DNA from: Eledone cirrhosa | Taxonomy: Eukaryota | Assembly: GCA_964016885.1 (NCBI GenBank) | Contig: OZ024740.1 | Coordinates: forward strand, 367,660,001 to 367,724,000 | DNA: 64,000 nt | Direction: 5' to 3' | Shown: positions 52,919 through 64,000 of the stretch, piece after piece | Numbering within the stretch: position 1 is the first letter of the stretch | Layout of the letters: each line of letters begins with the position of its first letter | Notes under the pieces: model-generated | Told to the model about the DNA's origin: nothing | The model's input: the letters and a program-made list of their open reading frames with translations, nothing else | Database searches by the model: none | Translations under genes and position numbers: made by a program

Positions 52919-55900
52919 ATGGAGACTAGAACGTCATGTGACAGACTCTCACCCAACAGGTGCCCCCTGGCTCAGCAGCAGGAACCTGACTGTCAGCCAA
53001 ATACTGCTGATGTTGGAGGAAGAAGAAGAAGGAAAGGGGCCAGAACCAACTGGACGAAAGAATTGAATAGAACTGTTATGCAATGTTACCTGAAAAGTAA
53101 CCCCAAGGAGAGGGGCTACAGGAGACGGATGCATAACATTTGGAACGAGATTGGTTTATTTAAATTAGATGAACAAAAATTGGCCGGGCAGGCTCGGGTA
53201 ATAAGAACTAATGGGTGGATAAACGAGCTGGAACTGGAGGAACTGAGCAGAGAGAATGGCTTGGAGATGGTGGGTGTAGTATACCAGACAAGCGAGCCAG
53301 TGGGAAATGAAGGTGAAGAGGTCCTGAGAACGGAGGAACCACCCGAGGCAGACAATGATCTGAATACTGAGATAAATAATACCTGGAACAGAGATACTAC
53401 GGCCACTGAGGAGATGAATACTGACGGGCTAGGACAAGATTCGGTTGACATCCTAAATTTAGTGGTAGATGAATTGAACAATGATAGTGGGAGACCTATG
53501 AACCTAAGATTTGTAGACAGGAAAAAGTTAAAAGAAACAACAGCTAAGGTAAATAAAGTCATCCCATACCTTGAGGCGAGGAGCCTTCACCAGTGCAACA
53601 ATATCCTCAAAGCAACAGCAAATACGGTGAGGAAACTACTTGGTATAAAAGCGAGAGGAAACAACAGACAAGAAAGAGCAGAGCCGTGGTGGAAGAAGCG
53701 ACTGAGTGGGTAAATCGGGGAAATGAGAAATGACATAGGAAAGCTTGAGTCACTACTGAATGGGACACTAAAAAACATAGGCACTAAAAATAGACTGGAA
53801 ATAAAATTCAAAACTAGGAGGAAAAAGCTAAATATTATCATAGAGGAACTGAAGCAACGCATTGTAGCAAAGAGTGCAAAAATCAGGCGATACGAGAACA
53901 GAGTCAGTCAGTATAAACAGAACCGCATGTTCGACAACAACCAGAAGATGCTGTTTGGACAGCTTGAGGGGAAAGAAAGAGGCAACGACTTGATCCCTGA
54001 GGCGGAGCAAACTAAAACATTCTGGAGAGGAATATGGGAGCAGGATGTTAGACATAATGTCCAGGCAGGGTGGATTGAAACAGTACAGAGGGAGATCGGT
54101 GAGCAGGCACAACAACAAACTGATTTGAGTATCACAGTTGAAACTCTTAAGGGGCAGGCCAAAAAACTAACCAACTGGAAATCACCAGGCCCAGGGGTAT
54201 TGGATTAAACATTTAACATCCCTCCACCCGAAGCTGACGGCCATGTTCAATGACTGCTTGGTGTCGGGTGAGGTGCCAGAGTGGTTGACAAAAGGTACCA
54301 CAGTTCTGATAATGAAAGACCGAATCAAGGGTAATGATGTTACCAACTATAGACCTATCACATGTCTGTCCGTAATGTGGAAACTGTTAACGAGCATTGT
54401 GTCTGAGGAAATCTACCACCACCTCCACACAAACAACTTGTTACCGGACGAACAGAAAGGATGCCGAAAGAAGTCACGTGGTACAAAGGACCAGTTACTT
54501 ATTGATAAGATGGTAATGGGGAATTGCAGGAGGAGACACACTGATCTTGCCATGGGATGGATAGACTACAGAAAGGCATTTGACATGGTGCCTCATTCTT
54601 GGATCACCAAAAGCCTGGAGATCTTCAGGGTGGCAGATAACATCAGACAGTTGCTGGGCAGGAGTATGCGGTCCTGGGAGACAGAGTTGACATCAACTGG
54701 AGTATCCTTGGGAAGCGTGAAGATCAAGAGAGGTATCTTCCAGGGAGATAGCCTGTCCCCTCTGTTGTTTGTCCTTGCCCTGATGCCCTTGACCATTATG
54801 CTGCGAAAAGTGAGAGCAGGATACAAGTTGGGAAGGGGAGAGCTTACCATCAATCACCTCCTCTTCATGGACGATCTTAAGCTCTTCGGGAAATGTGCTT
54901 GTTGACACTGTCCGTATTTTCAGCAGTGATATATGTATGCAGTTTGGTATTGGTAAATGTGGAGTCATTGTGATGGGGAGGGGTAGGTTGAGCAGAAGTA
55001 ACGGGATCCAGATACCAACAGGTGAGATGATAAAGGAAATTGACTCTGAGGAAGGATACAAGTATTTGGGCGTTCTGGAGGCTGATGGCATAAAGAACAA
55101 AAAAATGAAGGAATTGTTAAGAACTGAATACATTCGGAGAATAAGGAGCGTATTGAAGTCACATCTGAACAGCAGAAATGCCATAAGCGCAGTAAATTCC
55201 CGAGCTGTGTCTATTATTAGGTACAGTGCGGGAATTCTGAAATGGAATGTTGCTGAACAAAAAGAAATGGATAGGAAGACTAGGAAGCTATTGACTATCT
55301 ACAACATGTTCCACAAGAGGAGTGATGTCGATAGACTCTACCTAAGGAGATCTGAGGGTGGAAGAGGTCTTATCAGCATAGAGGACTGTGTTCAGATGGA
55401 GAAAAACAACCTATACAAATACGTGACCTATAGTAAGGAGCCAATGCTCAGAACTGTACTGAAGGAGGGGACAGTAGGCCAGGGGATGTTCAAGGAGGAA
55501 ATAACATCAAGGAGGAAGAGCAGCCTTAAGGGAAAATCCCTTCATAGTACCTTCTTTGAGAAAACTGAATTTAGAGATCCACAGACATGGAACTGGTTGA
55601 GAAGAGGAGACCTCAAAAAGGCTACAGAAGGAATGCTAATGGCTGCGCAGGAGCAGGCCCTCAAAACGAAGTGGTTGAAGCACCATATCTACAAGGAGGA
55701 GGCTAGCCCACTGTGCAGGATCTGTGGAGAGAGAGAGGAGACTGTGGCTCACATTGTGTCCGAGTGTAAACACCTAGCCCAGACCCACTATAAGGGCTGG
55801 AGACACGATGTGATGGGCAGGGTGATCCACTGGCACCTGTGCAAAGTAAACAATTTACCACATTCTGAGAAATGGTATGAGCATAGGCCAGAGGCGGTGA

Positions 55901-56365
55901 TGGAGAACAATCAGGTGAAGGTGCTGTGGGATTTTAGGATACAGACGGACAAAAAACTGGAACACAATAGACCTGACCTGGTGGTTGTGGACAAAGAAAA
56001 AAGATCGTGTCTGATTGTGGATGTGGCCTGCCCGTTCGACACGAGAGTGCAAGAGAAGGAGAGGGAGAAAATTAACCGATACCAGGACCTAAAGTGGGAG
56101 GTGAAAAGGATTTGGAACTGCCATGAAGTCAAAGTGATCCCGATTGTCATAGGCGCACTGGGGACTATCTCCAAAAGTTTCCAGGGATGGTTAAAGAAAA
56201 TCGGCCCCTTCACGCTTTTTGGAACGCTTCAAAAGGCATGCTTGCTTGGAACAGCAAGAACCCTCCGATACGTCCTGAATATCTGAGGCTGCAGGTAGTG
56301 GCTTGATATTCAATCCAACGGACTTTCCAGTTAACCAACATCAATGACTGACATTCAAGGAATAA
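52919..56365 (+). mobile_element. Second R4/Dong-clade RLE LINE (different family), disrupted ORF 52919-56286
   Basis: YRPITCL, WIDYRKAFD, GIFQGDSLSP, LLFMDD, CRIC..H....C, RHD, RPD..D..CP; (TAA)n tail. Confidence 0.92.
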
Positions 56366-56387
56366 CAACAATAATAATAATAATAAT

Positions 56388-56575
56388 AATTGTTTTTACT
56401 TTTGGCACAAGGCCAGCAATTACCCAGTGTATTACTGGTACTTTATTTTATCTACCCCATAAGGATGAAAGGCAAAGTTAACCTCGGCGGGATTTCAACT
56501 CAGAATGGCAAGGGCCGTAACTCTATGCGTCAAAGCATGGCGTCCGACCCTCTACCGATACTGCCAATCCACTGG
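56388..56575 (-). mobile_element. Meta-domain SINE between (TAA)n tracts
   Basis: Family match. Confidence 0.85.
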
Positions 56576-56596
56576 CCAATAATAATAATAATAATA

Positions 56597-59500
56597 ATGC
56601 TTTCTTTATTAACCACAAGGGTTTACATGAAGTAGACATTAAGGACAGTACAGGACAATACAGGACGGTACAAATGGGCATTTCTGCGTGTAAATAAAAA
56701 ACAGAGGATGTAACAAAAAAATAATGAAAAATTCCCCAATAGGGGGAGACCTCCGAGGGACATTTGTGGAGAAATCCCATTAAAAGGACACAGTGACCCT
56801 GACCACCAGGGCAAGTCCCCTCTCCTAGTTTCCCACCTTTAATTTACAGACACATACTCAGAGTAGGCCCATTCACTCGGGCCATACTTGCTTCTCTCAC
56901 CCATGTTTCAACAAAATGCTGGGAAGAGAGCACTCCCCCTATCTAACCTGATTTTCCTTTTCAAATGAAATTTTAAAAAGTTAATCAGGGCATCACCGAA
57001 GAGGTAAGTGCTCGTCTTTAGTCTTTTCAAACGTGTCCACCATACTATCGCTTTCGCCATGGCCACCAGACAGATAAAAACTGCCTGACCTTCCCGGCTA
57101 AAGGAAGAGGGCGGGGCAATCCTCACAATGGACTCAGTTGATAGCTGGATCCGTCCCACACTTGACAGCAGGTGTTCGACATAAACCCACAAGTCACCAA
57201 TGCTCGGAAACTGGACGAGTGCGCGCATCTCGGACATGCCCGGCTCACGGCACCTCCATGCCTGTAGAGTTTATCCCGAACTAGCATAGCTCCTCGGTAG
57301 CACTGCCAGGCCAGGGATTTCCGGAAGTTGTCCATAGGCCTCGGCCCGAAAGTTCTTCCGAAGAGATCGGCTAGTTGATTTTCGTCGACGCCTAGAGTTT
57401 CTCCAAGTACGTCGTCGCTCTTTCCCTCCACTAATCCTCTATAGAACGCCAAGGTTGAGTTTCCACCGATCACATTGCCCGATTGGTCGAGGGCTGTGAG
57501 CGCCTGAAGACATTCCAGTCTCCAAGTGCTTCCTCTCGGTCTTCGCTTGACCCAGGACTGCAGCTCCGTCAAGGAGATGATCTGGGGAAAGACACGTCTA
57601 GCAAACGGCGACCACACCTGATCACCGTCGAGGAAGAGGTGCAGATGTCGTAGCCTGAGCGCGTGTCTGCGCATCATCATCCACCGCATGCCCAACCTTC
57701 CACGTAGCGGGTGTTGACAGCAGATGGATCGCCTGATCATCGGATCCCGTCCCTTCCACAAAAAGCGAATGGGCAAACGCGCCAGCGCAGTCAGGCGGGC
57801 CTTAGGACAAGGTACGACGGTCAGGCGGTTGTAGATGACGGACCCGATGCACCCGTTAGCCACCGCCGCACAACCTTTCAGGGATAGCTTCCCCTCCGCC
57901 CATTTCTGGGTAAGATAAGCCACCATGCTCGTTACCTCGTCCCAGTTTTTGTCCGTCTGGAGGTCCGGACCGAACCAGAACCATAGCAATTTAACCGGTC
58001 CGTCCAGCGCCCGACGACGCAGTTGGACGGCATGGACCTGCCTCTCCAGGTGCCGGGCTGCAGGCCCACTGACTTTTCCTGGTTGATCATTGCTCCTGTC
58101 ACCGCTTCGTATTCTCTTAGTGTAGTGCCGATCGCCTCGATGTGTTTGGCGTTCGACACCACTACGGTGACATCGTCCGCATATGCTGACACGGATCTTC
58201 CGCACCCTACTTCGCGCGGGACGCCCCTCAACGTCTCTAGTTTGTGCAGTAATTGCTCGAGAGTCAATACGTACAAGAGGGACGAGAGAGGACATCCTTG
58301 GCAGACCGAGCGCATGATGTTGAACTGTTCCGAAAGGTGACTGTTCACTCTCACCACAGAGCAGATGTCGCTGTGCATGGCAGCGTTCCAGCCTCTGAAG
58401 ACGGGACCAAAGCCAGCCACCCTCAGGATTTTTCTAGGTAACGATGGTCGACCCTAACGAAGTCTTTCGACTGATCTAAATTGATCAAGGACCCACCCGT
58501 GCCAGGTACCCTAGCTACCCTCTCTACGATGTATCGCATGAGGTTGAGGTTGTCGTGGATGGAGCGTTCGGGAATGGCGCACGTCTGCGCCTCTCCCACC
58601 AGACCACCGACGACAAGCGCCAACATCTTTACTAGTAGACGTCCGTCAAGAGGCCTCCGAACAAGTCTGGCATTTGTACGTAAAGTTTATAGGGTAGACC
58701 ATCCAAACCAGGCGATTTATCCCTTGTGCATCCAGTCATTGCCTCCCGTACTTCAGCGGCTGTAATCGGCTTTTCGCAACACTCCGCCTCAGTGGCCGAG
58801 AGCCGCGGCAGTCCGTCGAGGTAGACACTAAAGTCCATCCGTCCATCTGGCCCGCCGCTGCCCCCGAACAGCTGGACCAAGTGTCGTTGAAAAGTTTCAA
58901 ACATTTGCCCGGCTCGAGTAGCATGCGCCCGTCGTGGTCCACCAAAGACCGTATCGTGGCTTTGTTGCCACGACGCGCCTCCGCCACTCGGGCCCATTGA
59001 ACGGCTTTCGTCCCCTCGTGTCTGAGAGCACGCACCCTAGCTCTGACAATGCAGCCTTAGTGTTTTTTATTGAAGAATTGGTCAAGGGCCAATTTCGCCG
59101 CAAGTACGTCGGTCGCAATGCCTTTGCTAAGCGCCTCGTCTAATTTTCAAACTAATTCTCCCTCTGCTCTATTTTTCTCTATTGCTAAAGCCTTACTAAA
59201 CCTAATGGACTTTATTCTAATCGCTCTTTTTAGAGCAAACCACCACTTGTTGTTGACGATGGCCCCCGTCAACGCCCGTTTAACTAGTTCGCTAATCCGG
59301 TCTCTGTAGGCCTTGCGCGCTGGTAAGGACGCGTTTAGCTTCCAGTAGACGGGTCCTTGTCTATGAAGCCTATTTAAGTCAAGCATACAGATCACGAAAT
59401 TGTGGTGCGTGTAGCTGACTATCTTGAATTGTCAAAGACTATGCAAGACCTCTCTATTTCCTTACAAAATACTCTATCTAGATATGATCTGGATGACCCT

Positions 59501-60578
59501 ATGCGATTTGTCCAAGTACACATTGGCACATTCGGGAAATCCAATCAGTACCTCTCAGACAGTTTAAAAGGCCTGAGCAGATTGGTGAGTCTCTTGCACC
59601 CTCCTCCCCTATCCGCTAATCCTACACAGTCCCAGCGTGCATCTAAGATCCCGTTCCAGTCGCCCACTAACACTAAAGAGCGGGACGTTCCAAGAAAGGT
59701 CTCCAGACGCCGGAAGAAATCAGGCCACCCTGCACCTGTCGGGGCATAGACGGCCATTAGCCTGAAAGCTTGCCCGTCTCCGCTGGTCACTTCCAGCACC
59801 ACCAACTTACCTTCTGGGTCCAGGAATATGGCCCGTATGGCGAGATCATAACCTCTACGAAAAAGCATAGCAACTCCTTCCCCCGATCCAGGACGGCTGG
59901 GAGATGCGTACACATCGTAGCAGCCGAAGATCAGTGCGAAGGCCCGTACTACAGAGATTCTGGTCTCGCTGATGGCCACAACATCTATGTTTAGTGACCT
60001 GAGGTCGTTGAGCAGGTGGTCCTGCTTCCAAGACGACCCCATGCCACGCGTATTTATGCTGCCTATTCTGAGTGAGGTCATGTTGAAATGGAGTGGAAAA
60101 GATGGGAAAGACCACCTACCTTACTTCTCGTAGAGGAAGGATGGTTTCTCCATCCTTTTCACTGCTTGTGGCCTCCTCCGGAACGATATCCTTATAAATC
60201 CTCGTGGAGAGTGCTTGTGGGAAGTCTCCGATGTCTTTGGGGAATTTTTGTTTTAGTGTCATGTACGTTTTCTGTGTGATGCGAGTGATTTGTACGTGTG
60301 AAGGTGGTGTGATCTTTTGGGTTGTTGTGTAGTCTTTTTCTGTGATGCTGGTGTTGTGTTGGGGTTAATGATGGTGATGGTGTTGTTATTTGTGGTGATG
60401 TGGTTCGTGATGCTGATGTGGATGGTGGCATAGCTGTCCTAACTTTTTTGTTTGATAGTTTATTTGTTTCTCTCTGTATTTTGTTTTTGGAGGGGGAAGG
60501 AAGTGGATTTTTTTCTTTTTTTTTTTTTTTTTCTTCTTTGTTTTTTTTTCAGATACCGTTTCTCACTCCTCTTCGTCA
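56597..60578 (-). mobile_element. Tx1/L1-clade LINE copy (ORF1 end + degenerate ORF2 with RT core QGCPLS / AYADD)
   Basis: Highly similar to 46362-50235, with different deletions. Confidence 0.9.
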
Positions 60579-61092
60579 TACTTATATTTAAGTAACATGC
60601 TTATATTTAAGTAACAGCCGTACTAAGTGTGAGAAATGAAATTTCGTTTCATTTTTTCCATTTATCGTTTTCGGTGCTCCCGGCCGATTAACTCACTCGA
60701 TATGCAAATTAGGCTGCTCAGCCGTTCCTATGCATAAGGAAAGTATATACTTTCAGACGTTCAATCATCTGGCAGGAATGTATAGGGTGCTGACGATTAC
60801 TAATAAGCTTGAAACTAGTACATCGTTCCTTTGTCAGTGTTGAACAAAAGAGCAACGATGGATGCTGGACACTACGGCTTAATTCAGGATGTTTGTTTAC
60901 AAACAAACCGAGCATTATAATACATGTTCTGTGAATCCATACGTACATGTATATATGTGTGCATATATGTATATATATACATACTACTGTACGTCTGTAT
61001 ACATATATGTATGTACTTATACATACTTATATTTAAGTAACAGCCGTACTAAGAGTGAGAAATGAAATTTCGTTTCATTTTTTTCCATTTAT
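60578..61092 (+). mobile_element. Retrozyme-like element, 426-bp unit with ~65-bp terminal repeat and a minimal hammerhead at 60786-60824
   Basis: ttatatttaagtaacagccg...ccatttat at 60601 and 61027; ggtg CTGACGA..GAAAC TA GTA catc (stem II decayed). Confidence 0.65.
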
Positions 61093-61654
61093 ATATATAT
61101 GTGTATGTGTGTGTGTGTGAATGGGGGTGTACTACTGAGCATAACACTCATGATACATATTTCCGCTAATACTTTACTCTAATTGAATAAAAACATTTTC
61201 TAGCCATTTGACCTGGTTGGTATTAATATTTATCATGCACACTGAGCGCACACTGCTACATATATAAAATTCAAATACATTGAGAGAAAGTTTGAAATGT
61301 GAACACATTTTCTTATCTTTTACCATTCTCATTCATATTTGATAACTTAGTTCTACGAAAACCCCATCGGTTACAAATTAGCAACTGAATTTTTCTAAGT
61401 TACACAACCTTGACGATATAATTTAATAGAATTACACCCAACAGATCATGCAAAAGTGATGACTGCTGAGATATCCCTTGTTTGTATGCTTTGGGGTATT
61501 TTGCAATTATCCATATTTCCATATTTCCATATTTGACTTTATATATAAATATATGGCACTAGAATAACTATAGTTTCGAACTGCATTTAGTCGATTTGCA
61601 TCTAAAAAATGAAAATACATAATACCATAATGTGTTTGATGGACAGACAGTTAT

Positions 61655-64000
<2,346 letters not shown>

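Noticed and set aside
53116-56213. Antisense and alternative-frame ORFs overlapping LINE ORFs
   Set aside because: Shadow ORFs of RT coding sequence

Overview
Animal intergenic or intronic DNA, AT-rich and dense in microsatellites. The SINE family suggests a cephalopod (octopus-like) genome, which is inference. I found no host gene exon. The window is a mosaic of retroelements in two niches. (1) (TAA)n tracts hold two degenerate R4/Dong-type RLE LINEs, several Tx1/L1-clade LINE copies, and a tRNA-derived Meta-domain SINE whose 3' tail resembles the Tx1 tail. (2) (TA)n tracts hold Penelope-like elements (a Naiad-type and a Neptune-type pseudo-ORF) and many short non-coding derivatives, about 20 of which carry recognisable type I hammerhead ribozymes (folded by eye). 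These include a 522-bp tandem retrozyme-like array, terminally redundant monomers (426, 575, 597, 671 bp), fold-back insertions, and five families with the compensatory U3-A8 core (UUGANAA). The most striking signal is a covarying RNA motif in the 575-bp and 671-bp elements. It has all hammerhead catalytic nucleotides, but its three strands are in reversed cyclic (pseudoknotted) order, fitting none of types I, II or III.
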